Below, piece after piece: positions 43,216 to 55,493 of a stretch of 64,000 nucleotides of DNA. The DNA is from Geosiphon pyriformis uo1 (taxonomy: Eukaryota; Fungi; Glomeromycota), in contig JAAOMT010000135.1 in assembly GCA_016748015.1 (NCBI GenBank), positions 310,001 through 374,000 on the forward strand, written 5' to 3'. The notes below the pieces were generated by a model, which worked only from the letters and a program-made list of their open reading frames with translations, made no database searches and was not told the DNA's origin. The stretch's first letter is position 1, and each line of letters starts with the position of its first letter. A program made the translations under genes and the position numbers.

Positions 43216-44572
43216 TGTTACTCATAGAAAGTAGGAGTAATATATAATTAGAAAAATAGCCAATCAGAAGTAAACATAATAATAAAAGAATTACAGGATT
43301 TCAGAATCCCGGAATTCCAAGATTCCTCTAAAAAAATTACAGAATTCTAGGAATCTTGTATAATACCAACTATATATATATAGCAGTAGCATTAGAAGCA
43401 AGAAAAATATTTAGAACTCAGATTCAGTTCAGTTTCAGTTTAATATTCTCTTTCTTATCTATTAATTAATTCTTACTTTATAGATAGTTAATATTTACCA
43501 AAGTAAATTTATCACAAAATATCAAATAAAACATACTTATTATCATCCAATCCATGTTGCTATCATTTGTTTTAGAATTTAATTACTTTTCTATTTTATT
43601 AACACTTTATGTTGATAATATTCAATACTTAATTACACTAAAACAATAACTCTTAATCATGACTATTGACAGAATACTAATTTCTTATTTTCTTTTATTT
43701 TTTTTGTTGTGTTAATTTACTAATTGATTAAAAAGATTAAGCACTAAGTAATTAATGTCAAAAAGACTTGATTTATTGAGAACCTATAGTGATTACTTTA
43801 AAGAATTTAAATTATGATCACCAATACCATCAGGACTTCAATTACTACCATCTCAACCTAATTTTAAAGCCACTAATCCTTGGAAAATAACTGACTTAGA
43901 AGAAAAGGAAAACAAAGATCAAGAATTTAACTATCAAAACCTGATTCTAGAAAACCTGAAAATATAAATCCCAATTGTTTCAACTTAGCCAAATTAGAAT
44001 AATTCAAACTCTACTTCTATTGTGCCTCAAAACTTACCTTCAATAATTGTGATTGATTCACTACCAGTTGTACCAATTGCCAAATCACAACAACAGCTGT
44101 AATTACTACCCCAACAACAATTACAACAACTATTACCAATGACATACATTCATATTGTCAAATTAAAAAAGTTTATTAGTAAAGAAAACAATGCTTAAGT
44201 CTGGCTCAATGATATTGTTAAAACAATCATAGCTAATAATTGAGACAATGCCAAAGCCTTACAAGCCATTCTATATTTTTTGTAGAATACTGTTGATTTA
44301 TGATATCAGAGTTTGATCAACAAACCCATCACTTTTGGTAACTTTAAAACTGAATTTTAGAGATATTTTAGCAATAACAACAGTATTAATTACTTGACAA
44401 TAGCATTTATTACTATTAAACAAGATGACACAAAAGCAATCACTACTTATCTAAGATGTTTTCATAGAAATCTGCACCAAATATAAGCAATTGACATGAA
44501 TTACTTTATAGTATTACAGATTTTAAACCAGTTTATTTATGGCTATGCTGTAGTATTCTTTAATATATATAT
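43216..44572 (+). mobile_element. Ty3/Gypsy element A (oldest), 5' part: LTR start and gag N-half
   Basis: Begins TGTTAC exactly where LINE homology stops. Decayed gag KFISKENNA*VWLNDIVKTIIANN*DNAKALQAILYFL is homologous to gag of B and C. The LTR 3' end was not resolved. Confidence 0.75.
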
Positions 44573-45522
44573 TGTTACCAAATGAAATTAGAGATATTGC
44601 TTAGCATGAAATTACTCTTATAATTCTTATCATTAATTAGCATTTCAAATTATTACTTATTACATTAGCAAAATATCCGAAATTATCATTTAATTAATAA
44701 CCCAATTTGTACATAACACAAATGTAACCTAATTGCGATGATCAATCATGCAATACCCTGAACTATGTAAAATTCAAAAAGTTTGCCGAAATAATTGATA
44801 GTTCACCAAAATATTTAATAGTTCACAGAAATAACTTGTAGTTTGCCAAAATGTATCTCTAGTTTAGCAAAATTAAAGAAAATAGCAAAGTTCAAGTTCA
44901 TAGAATAGTGTTATAACAAGTTGTATAAAAGAAGAGCTTTTCTCTTCAAGAAAATGTATCTTACTTTAGATTTATCACTTAAAACCATTCCTACACACAC
45001 AAAAAGAAATAAATATCAAATAATTCGAAAAAACCAAATTCTTTAATTATTGCATTTGGAAAATCCCCAAAACCCAACTAACGTTTTGAAATTGATTAGC
45101 TACCAATTTCAATAAACTGTTAGTGACTCCAGGCCTGAATAGAAAACATTTCCCTTGATAAAATCCTATTTCTTTTACATTTTTTTTATTTTTCTTTTTT
45201 TTCTTATTACAATCATTAGGGTAGTCTACAGATGAGATTCCTGTAGAAGAGTTGACTTTCACAGCAAAGTAACTACACATTTTTAGTGAGCTTCCAGACG
45301 AGCAATTCCTGGGAAAGAGTTGATGTTTCCTACAACGTAACTACATAAAGTAACTGGCAAGGAATTGGTCATTCCACTTATAAGCCCAACAGTTCAAATT
45401 ATAGGAGATAATTTAAAGATAAATTCAGTTACTGGAGATTCAACCACATCCAGAAAACGTGAATTCACAGCAAACAGGCATCAACAACATTTAGGAAAAG
45501 AGACCAAAAACCTTCAGTAACA
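44573..45522 (+). repeat. 5' LTR of element B (950 bp)
   Basis: Direct repeat of 59454-60424, TG...CA ends. Confidence 0.97.
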
Positions 45523-45542
45523 TTTAGTGCTCTCTCATAGAA
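45523..45542 (+). other. Putative primer-binding site of B
   Basis: TTTAGTGCTCTCTCATAG directly after the LTR, readable as TGGTGCTCTC... with one G>A. The priming tRNA was not identified. Confidence 0.5.
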
Positions 45543-48500
45543 ATAACACAGCAACAACAAAATTCAAAGTGGCAACCACACCAAACACAGCAACTCTAGA
45601 GTATTACCAGTCAATTTACACCCATTGCAAGCAAAGATTTAACATTCCAGACGGAACTGAAATTGTCAAGAGAACACTTTACTTATATATTGAAAACTGT
45701 ATCAACAATTATCTTCTTGGAAATTACAACATTTCAGAAGTTAGAAGCAACCTTTACAATAATTTAGTGTACTATTCACAATTAAGAACTGAAGACCTTA
45801 ACAGTGAAACACTTGCCACCTACTTTCAAGAACTCAATTATAACATTATCAAGTATTGTGAAGAAAAATATCCAGTGCAGTCCAAATACTCTTTTGATTC
45901 TGAATCAAAAACAGAAACAAGCAACAAAGACAAACAAAAAGCAAAACAACACTCAAAAACTACTCCAAACACTCTAATACTGACAAAGACAACTGCCAAA
46001 CACTTGCAAACACTTGAACAAGGAACCAGTGTCAAATTACCACTTTTTATTACACCATTTCCAATTTCACTTGTCCAACCACAAACACCAAATTCACCTC
46101 TTATTCAATTTTCAAGAATAGAAGATTTTTAGTCACCCAAAAGCCCTATTCAACAACAAAAACCAATATCAATTAGCACAAACTTTATCGACTACTTAGC
46201 AGAAAATCAAAGTGAAAAGACTGAATCAAAACAAGAAACAGAAGACTCAGAAAACAAAGAAGAAATGACCTCTACTTATATTGCAAAAATCCCTGACTTT
46301 TCAGAAGAGAACATCGAAACCAGTCCTCAAGAATGGCTTGACCAAGTCACTAAAGCAGGAGATGCGAATGGTTGGAATGCTGTCAGAATGTTAAGAACTA
46401 TTCCCTACTTTTTCAAAGGAACAGTAGGAAAATGGTTTAAAAACTTGGCCACTCTATTCAATAATTGGGATGCTTTCAAAGCAGCCTTTCTTGAACAGTT
46501 TACCAACAATAATACCTCCATTACCCTTCGAAATCAGTTTCGCAATATCAAACAAGAATCCTTTGAATCTGTTATGACTTATCTTGGGAAGTTTAACAAA
46601 CTTCTCAGAAGGATTTGTCAACTTGAAACCAATGATTATTACTCAAACACTTAAATCTTGGATCAATTTATTGCTGGTCTAAAGAATAAACTGATTAAAA
46701 AGGTTTGCTCACATGCCTTAGAAGATTTAAACTCTGCTATACAGCATGCAAAAAGATACTAAATGGTCATGGAAGAGGCCAATCACACAAAACTTGTAAA
46801 TTTGGCAATTGGAGAAACCAGCTTAGCAGCTGAAGAGAAAATTGACCAACTCACAAAGAAGGTTGAAAACTATTTCACCAACCAACAACAACAGCAACCC
46901 CAAAGATATCAACCACCCCAAAAACGAAATCAAAATAACTTTGCACTACTTTCTAATAACCAGCCTCAGAATTGCCATTTCTGTGGAATCTCTGGCCACT
47001 GGAAAAGAGATTGCAGAAAGCTACAATGAGACCAACAAAATAGAAGTAATCAATATTACCCTCCACTACAGCAATCTTATTATCAACCACCACTACCAGC
47101 TTACTATCTACCAAGACCCCAATACTAAAGTAACTATTATCAGTCCACCCCACAGCCAATTCAACAGCAATACCAACAACCACCCACACAACATTATCAA
47201 GTGCCTGCTTGAAGATTAATTCTGCAAAATCAATTCACACCACAAAACTGATACCAAGTAAACAACAATAGAATCAATTCAAACAACCAATTGGTCCTTC
47301 GAAATTCAGCTCAACCAAGACCTAACCACTATCATACTCAACCTAGTTATCTTATGATACCAGAAGAACAGAATTTTTGCCATACTGCACTCTCAGAAGA
47401 TAAAGCTGCAGCACAACAACAAAACTCTTCCTATACTCCTACCACAATCCCATCAGCCAGAATTGCTGAAAATGCCAACCTTTCAGATATATTCCCTTTC
47501 GAATTTGAAGCAAATGAATCATCATTCTTGCTTAGCAATGCAGCAGCTAATGAGCAAAAAGACATCACTGCAATGTACACAGAAGCTGAAGTAGAAGAAA
47601 AGCCAATTCACTTGATTCTAGACAATAGATCTGCCAGAAGCATCATTACATATCAATTGATGCAGCAGCTAAAGAGAAATGTTGACCGACCAGCTCAGAC
47701 AATTATTGTCACTGCCGATAACATGAAAAAGACTCCAGTAGGAGAAATTGACAACTTCCCATTCACAATTGACGGAATTACCATTTCAGTCAAAGTTCTG
47801 ATCATGGATGCTCCCCAATACTAAGCTCTTGTCAGAAATGATTGGCTTTAAAAAGCCAATGCTAATCTGAATTGAGAGACACAAGAGTTAACAATCTCCT
47901 ACCAAGGACAACATGCCTGGGTATCTGCCACTTGTGGTACATTTAACAAATGCTTTGAAAAAGCCCCGGCTTTTGAATTCAAACCAGAAGAAGAAAAACC
48001 CATCATTGAAACATTTATGGCATTTGGATCAACCTCCAATTGGGTTAATGAAACTGAACAACAGTACTTTTCAACAAATGATTCTCTTGAAACAAAAGAA
48101 CCAGTAACAACCAGATGGAATGTCCCCTATTCAAAACCAAAACCATGAAAATGATGCTCTTACATTCCACTCAAATGCAAAAATTGACACAAGAAACTCT
48201 CATCAATGAAAGCCTGTATTTCACCTGAAGAAGAATATGAAAATTATACTTGTTATTACTGTAAAGCATGTCACAGAGAACAATGGGGCCATCTAATAAA
48301 AAGAAATGGAAAATGGGACAACACTCTTGTTTGACTTGTGAAGATATGCTACCGGAAGAATACAATTGGATTGATGTAGCAATGAGAGGAGGAGTCTGCA
48401 ATCAGACCTGCCAATATGCTTTATTAATTTCAGAAAAAGTCAAAATAGGAACACTTTTTGATGTGGCATACAACAGTACTTTCAACAAACTTTATCACTA

Positions 48501-49441
48501 CTCCCATAATGCTGAGATGATTTTTGACTTAGCAATAGCATTAGTTAATGAAGCTACCAAAAAAGATATCTGTCAAATAAAGGAAGCAGAATACATTGAA
48601 TAAACCATGGAATTAGCTGGATTCGATTACGAAGATGAAGTAAAAGTCTACCACCAAATTGCAAGTCACACCTACCCAACCCAAGAAGCTCAAATTCAAC
48701 AATTGGAGCAAATGAACATTAGGCTATGTGAAGCATGCATTATGCCTTGTAATGAACAGTGGTGTCCTGAATGCTATGCTCTTAGCATTCCCCTGCCCAG
48801 TGAAAACAATGAAAACAAAATTGAATTTGGAGAACCTGAAGCAACAGAAAAAATTGAAACAACACCCATCTATCTCATCAAAAATCAGCCTGTTTTACAA
48901 CTCAAATACTTCAACAACAATGGACAAAGAATAAAACCCAAAAAAGCACATAACATTGATGCTAGATATGACTTAAGATATCTGGACAAGGATACTCTTG
49001 TTCTTAAACCTAAATCTTTCACAAAAATCAATCTCAAAATTGCCCTTGAAATCCTGACAGGAGCAATAGTTCAAATCGCCTCCCGGTCTTCTCTGGTAAG
49101 CAAAGGAATTAATGTCAGAGAAGGAATAATCAATGCTAGATATACTGGTGACATAACAGTAATACTCCAAAATGAAACCAATAAACTTTTTAAGATCAAA
49201 CATGCTGAAAAAATTGCCCAAGCTATTTACCTACCCCTAATCAACATTTCAGGTTTGCAACTAGTCAATCAAAGAGAACAATTAAGAAAAAGTGATAAAG
49301 AAACCCAAGATTTTGGTTCAACTGGACAATTCACAGTTCCAGTAAACATAGCTCTTAACAAACAAAATAAATCTCACCAATTACTATTTCACTCTTTAGA
49401 GAACATCCAGAAATCTACACCTGTCCAAAGCTAACGACCAC
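45527..49441 (+). pseudogene. Element B gag-pol 5' part: helical N-domain, capsid, CCHC knuckle, aspartic protease, Cys-rich domain, dUTPase
   Basis: QEWLDQVTKAGDANGW; CHFCGISGHWKRDC; LILDNRS (decayed DSG); CLTC...CNQTC...CEACIMPC...CPEC; ARYDL, SRSSL, INARYTG, KIAQ, FGSTG. Several stops and small frameshifts. Confidence 0.9.
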
Positions 49442-50358
49442 TGTTACAGGATGGTTTTCTTGTTATATTTAATTGCTGATATCCCGCTTTAATTGCAATT
49501 AGTCTTTCGTGAGTTCCTCAATTCTATTTGTGTGATAATGTCACTGTTACACTGAAGGCTTTCTTTTTACTGTTGCGATGTAAGTTATTCTTTAATTCTT
49601 GATTGTTGTGTGTGTTTATGTACTCCTTCTCAGAGGCTGAACTGAAATCTACNNNNNNNNNNNNNNNNNNNNNNNNNNNNNNNNNNNNNNNNNNNNNNNN
49701 NNNNNNNNNNNNNNNNNNNNNNNNNNNNNNNNNNNNNNNNNNNNNNNNNNNNNNNNNNNNNNNNNNNNNNNNNNNNNNNNNNNNNNNNNNNNNNNNNNNN
49801 NNNNNNNNNNNNNNNNNNNNNNNNNNNNNNNNNNNNNNNNNNNNNNNNNNNNNNNNNNNNNNNNNNNNNNNNNNNNNNNNNNNNNNNNNNGATAGTTTCA
49901 TTCAATAAATAATACAAGTAAGTTTCTTAATACTTTGGGTTGTGATAGTTCAGTTTTAAATATTCTTTTTCATTTCTTTTTGATTTTAAAGGTTTCTTGG
50001 GATATTTAATTTGAAAGTATGATTTAAAGTGGAGTTTGTTGGATAAAAATTGGATCTATTGCTTGATAAGTTATGATTTTTATTACTTGATTTTTTTTCC
50101 CAATATTAAAACTACTGTATATATACATGTTTGTAGTTCTACGAGAAAATACTTTCTTTTTGATATTTCAACCTGGTGCTTGCTGCTATCACCAGTTGGT
50201 GTTGGCTGCTATTGTAAACTGGTGCTTACCACTATTGCAAGATGGTGTTTGCTACTATGTTAATCATTATCTTTCTAAGATTATTACTGTGCTATATTAT
50301 GATTGAATAGTTTGTATTATTTTTATGATTCTTTTTGCTAAATTCTTAAACCGTAACA
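49442..50358 (-). repeat. 3' LTR of element C (contains N gap 49653-49890)
   Basis: Matches 55164-55493. Preceded on the minus strand by PPT GAAAGGAGGGGATAA (50359-50373). Confidence 0.9.
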
Positions 50359-50450
50359 TTATCCCCTCCTTTCAAGATTGAGCTCCATCGAAATCAAAGT
50401 TAATTTCTTCATTAAATTCTAAGTTACTATAGTGGTTCAATACTGTGTTA

Positions 50451-53400
50451 TTAATTTGTTGAAGTGAGTTCACAGTAGAGGGCGATTTCTAGGAAATTTA
50501 GAATTTCTTGTGGTATTGACACGTTTTCTAGCTCCGTTCCGAGGTATCCAATGATGGTATCTTCCGGAATGTAGACGGGTTCTTCTGTGGTGTTTGCGAT
50601 AGGAATTTTTATCCATTGAGCTTTATCAGCTGGAATAAAAAGGTTAGTAAGTCCTATGAGAAACTGTTGGCAAGTTTCTGGGTAGAGCTCAATTATTAGG
50701 TCTTTTTCTTTAATTGTCCTTTTTATTCTTATTTCTGATTTTCCATATGGTAGGAATGTGATGGACCGCTTATTTTTAATTACTTTGCCTTTTTCCTCTA
50801 TTGTTTCAGCGAAATTTGCTTCAATTCCTTTTCCTGTCAATCCGAAACCAAAAGTTCCTCTCGTTGTTTGTGACAATTCCTCACGATTTTCCACTGGCAC
50901 AAATTTTCCAATTTTTACCAATGGTAGGAAAATTGCTTGTGCAATCTTTTCCTTAGATTCAATGGTATAAGGCTTTTCTGAATTGTTCTGTAGCAAAACC
51001 ATCAAATTTCCAGTGTATCCGGAGTCAATTACTCCTCCTTGAACACTTATTTCTTTTTTCGCGAGGCTTGATCGCGACACCATTTGAACCATTATTCCTG
51101 GCGGAATTTCAACCGCTATTTTTAGGTTGATTTTGGTGATGCTCCTGGGTGGTAACGTTGTGGATTGGTCTTCCGGATAACGTAGATCAAATCCGGCGTC
51201 AGTTGGATGGGCTCTTTCGGGTATTATTCCTAAGTGCCCGTTGTCGAAGTATCGGATGTCGGTCACCTGTTCTAGGTTGGTATAAGCTACAAATTTTTCT
51301 GACTCGGGACCGTCAGGTGAGTCTTATTGATTTATTGATTGATTTTGAGACTGCTGATTCTCAATTTCCATTTTTCTTTCTAAGTCCCTTTTGTCTTGAC
51401 ACTCTTCACAGCACTGACTTTGGCATGGGATGAGACAGTTTTCGCAGAGGTAAGTGTTGATTTGGGCGAGGTATTGTTCTTGCTCTTGTCGAGTGGGGCA
51501 TAGTTGTTGGTAGTAGTCCTGGAATTCGTCCACTGGGTCGAACATGTTGTAGCTGGCGACTTCGTCGGCTACTTCAGCTGACTCTTTCCAACGTCGTATT
51601 TCTTCGGCAGTTCCTTCTCTTACTTTGGCTTGTGCGGTGTTGTACAACTCGTCCTCGTCATGTAGGTAGTGCTGTAGTCTTTTTAACGCTGCTTTGAACG
51701 GCGTTCCTCCTCTTACCCAGTCACAGATGAGGATCGTGTATTGGCAAGTTGCGTCACACGTTCCTCCTTTGCCTAGTAAGTTGTTCCAGTCGCACCCTCT
51801 TGGTAACAGTTCTCCACAAGCGAGGCACGGTTCCTCGTCCCATTTTCCGTGTCTTTCTGGGTAACCGTATTTTTCTTTGTTACAACGGTTACAATAGTAG
51901 TGGGTGGGGTTTCTTGGGTCTTCGTCTGGTGCGCTGCACGCAGTCATAGACGAGAGTTTTTTCTTGCAAACCGAGCATTCTAGCTTTGGTCTGCGTCGCT
52001 GGTGGTTTCTTCGTGAACTTACCTGGTTCCATTCGGATCTTTCTTCGCTGGTCCACATTGATATGGCTGGTAGTCCTGTTCTTTGGTCATCAGCCCAAGA
52101 GAGCTGATAGGTTTCGATGGCTGGTAGTGCTGGATTTTCCTCAAATTCGAAGGTAGGTCTTTGGTTGGCGCTGGGTTTTTGGAAGTGGCCACAGGTGGCT
52201 GGAATTTTGGCCTGGTGGCCATTATAATTGATTAGAAGCTCTTGGGTGGTCCAGTCTAAGGTGGCGTTGGCTTTTGTTAGCCAGTCATTCCCTACTAACG
52301 CTTGATATTGTGTAGCGTCCATTACTAATACTTTTGTAGGTATTACTATGCCATTAATTTCGAAAGAGAATGAGTCGATTTTGCCATGAGGCAGCTTTGT
52401 ACTTCCATCGGCTGTTATGATTTGGAACGTCGCGGCACGATCAACTTTAAAACCCAGTTGGTTTACTAGTTGAAGCGTTACGATGCTTCCAGCGGATCCG
52501 CTGTCTAAGATAAGTTTGATTGGAGTATTGTTTACAGTGGCTTCCGTATACATAGCAGTGATTGGGTGTTTTTCGTTCAATGCTGCTCCACTGAACATAG
52601 CCTCGTTTTCCTCTAATTCAAAAGGAAAAATAGCTGCGAGACTGCTATCTTCGGTGGCAACTGCTGGTGGTATTGTCTGGCTCAATTTGGAGGAATTCTT
52701 GGTTCTGTTTATGTTTCTACCGTCATTGTTTCCGATGATCAGGTTTTCCGGTATATTAAGGTAAGTTTGTTGATAATTTTGGTAGTTTGGATTGGTTTGC
52801 TGATTGGTTCCGGCGCGGTTTGGATTCCTCTGGACCAACGCGTTCTGGTTCCACATGGGCTGATTTCGGGCCTCGGGACGCCAATTCGGGTTGGCTATCA
52901 TGGGCTGTTGCTGGTAAGCTCCTTGATTTTGATACGTGGTGGGATATTGGCGTGGTATTGGCATGTACTGGTTTCTGGGCATTTGGGGTGGCGTGTAGTA
53001 ATTATTTTCGCGTGCTTCCTACATCATTCGCGTTCGACATTGACTAATCAAATGTCCTACGCGTTTGCAAAAATGGCAGGCGCGTGTTTCTGTTCTAAAT
53101 TCCTGGCGTGACGAGCGATTATTTCGACTGTCGCTGACTTCCTGGCTGCATTTTTGGGGTGGTTGGTATGTATTTTTTCTCGGATCCGGGATGAGGTAAC
53201 TTTCTATTTTCTTAGAGAGTTCCTCCCCTAATCGCATTACTCTTTTCTCTAATGTTTCTGTCTTATTTTTCTCCATTACCATGTTAACCATTTAACTATG
53301 GTTAGCTTCTTTCTCAGCTGATTCAAGGGCTCTGGCAAGCGTAACAGCTTCTGGTAAGGAATTAGGGTGGGCAGGGCGTACTCTTCCTAAAATGCTGCCT

Positions 53401-54695
53401 TTTAATCCTCTAATAAACTGATTTAAAACCTGAGGATCAGTGTAGTATCCTTGTTCAATCGCTTCAATCTGACGGTGAATTCGATTGAATCAAGCAAGGT
53501 ATTGGGTGACAGTTTCACCAGTATTTTGCTTGATAGTATTGAATTCGTTCTGTAGTTGGATTACGGCGTTTGGGTCGCTAAAATACTTTAGGAGTGCATT
53601 TTTAAATTCGGCGAAGCTTGTGGGTTTTGTTTTCAGGCTTTGATATCACAAGTCGGCTGTGCCTTTCAGGAAGAAAGGTAATGTTTGAATTGCTCTTTGG
53701 TCATTCCAGTTATTTGCCTGGATGGCTTTTTGTGCTTCTCTGAGCCATGTGTGCATGTCCGTTTCTTCTTTCTTTCCTGAAAAATCTGTTAGTCTTGCAA
53801 TGTATGGTGTGGTCATTTTGTTGCTGTTTTCTGCTGGTGGGTTTATTGGTCTAAGAAGAGGTGGGATGATATTTCCTTGAGCGTTCCTAAAGGTGGCTTC
53901 CCTTATATCCGGTTTTTCCTCTTGATCACGAGTTTCTTGGTTTCTGGACTGGCTGCTTGTTCCAGTGACTGGTCTTGTGATTGTTTTTTTGCTGGTCTCT
54001 TTTTCGGATTCTGATTCAGACTCCTCTTCACGGTTTTCAAACCCCGTTCTAAATTTTGGCTGAAAAAGAGGGTTTTGGAATAGTGATGAATATCCTCCTG
54101 TAATTGGTATGTCTTCCCAGTTACGTTGTTTAATTTTATCAATATAACTAGGAGTTCTTGGCATTTGTGGAGTTGATGTTGATGATGATGCAGCTCCTAA
54201 TGGAATTTGTATCTTATTTTCTGGTGAAAAATGGTATGATTTATCTTCTGGTGAATAAATACGTTGTTTCTTTATTGATTGAGTGACAGTTTTCTTTGGC
54301 GTTTGAGCTGGTGTTTCTAGTTTTTGCTGGTTACTTTCCTGATTAGTTTCTAAATTTTCTTTGGTTTTGTTGGCGCATTCCTTAGTGTTTCCTGTGGATA
54401 TTGGAAAATTTTTGTTGGCGTATTGCTCAATTTCTCGATGGATTTTGACAATAGTTGCGGCTATTACTGCTACTTCTTTTGTAGTGTATTGTGATAATTC
54501 TCTATACAATCCAAGTTTTGCGTCGTGTGGTTTTTCTTCCTTTCCTATATGATAATTTATTCTGGCGTTGATATAATAAGTGAGGGCAGATTCTGCTGGA
54601 CAACACCCTTCTGGTAATCCAAGATCACTTTGATTTTGTGTGTAAATAGCACGGCAGAATTCAAGAACAGTAAGATTAGGGGTTTTTGTCGCCAC
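50451..54695 (-). pseudogene. Element C Gag-PR-Cys-rich-dUTPase frame: one reading frame with five in-frame stops
   Basis: ORFs starting 54695, 53291, 52982 and 51266 are all in one frame. Motifs CHFCKRVGHLISQC, LILDSGSAGS, and dUTPase AGFDL / SRSS / GVIDSGYTG / KIAQ / RGTFGFGLTG. Confidence 0.92.
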
Positions 54696-55163
54696 TTTTG
54701 TCTTTTCCTTTTTAGCAATGAATTATTGCTAATTATTATTTCCTTTTTGATTTTCTTTCCTNNNNNNNNNNNNNNNNNNNNNNNNNNNNNNNNNNNNNNN
54801 NNNNNNNNNNNNNNNNNNNNNNNNNNNNNNNNNNNNNNNNNNNNNNNNNNNNNNNNNNNNNNNNNNNNNNNNNNNNNNNNNNNNNNNNNNNNNNNNNNNN
54901 NNNNNNNNNNNNNNNNNNNNNNNNNNNNNNNNNNNNNNNNNNNNNNNNNNNNNNNNNNNNNNNNNNNNNNNNNNNNNNNNNNNNNNNNNNNNNNNNNNNN
55001 NNNNNNNNNNNNNNNNNNNNNNNNNNNNNNNNNNNNNNNNNNNNNNNNNNNNNNNNNNNNNNNNNNNNNNNNNNNNNNNNNNNNNNNNNNNNNNNNNNNN
55101 NNNNNNNNNNNNNNNNNNNNNNNNNNNNNNNNNNNNNNNNNNNNNNNNNNNNNNNNNNNNNNN

Positions 55164-55493
55164 TGGAGTTTGTTGGATAAAATTGGATCTATTGCTTGAT
55201 AAGTTATGATTTTTATTACTTGATTGATTCTTTCCCAATATTAAAACTACTGTATATATACATGTTTGTAGTTCTAAGAGAAAATACTTTCTTTTTGATA
55301 TTTCAACCTGGTGCTTGCTGCTATCACCAGTTGGTGTTGGCTGCTATTGTGAACTGGTGCTTGCCACTATCGCGAGATGGTGTTTGCTACTATGTTAATC
55401 ATTACCTTTCTAAGATTATTATTGTGCTATATTATGATTGAATAGTTTGTATTATTTTTATGATTTTTTTTGCTAAATTCTTAAACCGTAACA
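55164..55493 (-). repeat. Visible part of the 5' LTR of element C (rest lies in N gap 54762-55163)
   Basis: Near-identical to 50030-50358. Confidence 0.9.

Larger units (their letters stand above)
49442..55493 (-). mobile_element. Ty3/Gypsy element C (youngest), inverted, lacking RT/RNase H/integrase
   Basis: TGTTAC at 49442 and GTAACA ending 55493; TSD CCAC/CCGC. Removing C rejoins the B frame (PKLTT-QQIFESN). LTR segments 50030-50358 and 55164-55493 match. Confidence 0.93.

Noticed and set aside
50174-50258. CRISPR-like repeat-spacer look of the LTR arrays (also 59662-59774)
   Set aside because: Units are 20-23 bp with 7-8 nt spacers, lie inside LTRs of a eukaryote, and there are no cas genes.
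49524-55238. ORFs containing X runs
   Set aside because: Artefacts of the N gaps (49653-49890, 54762-55163). The gap sizes are also inconsistent with equal LTR lengths.
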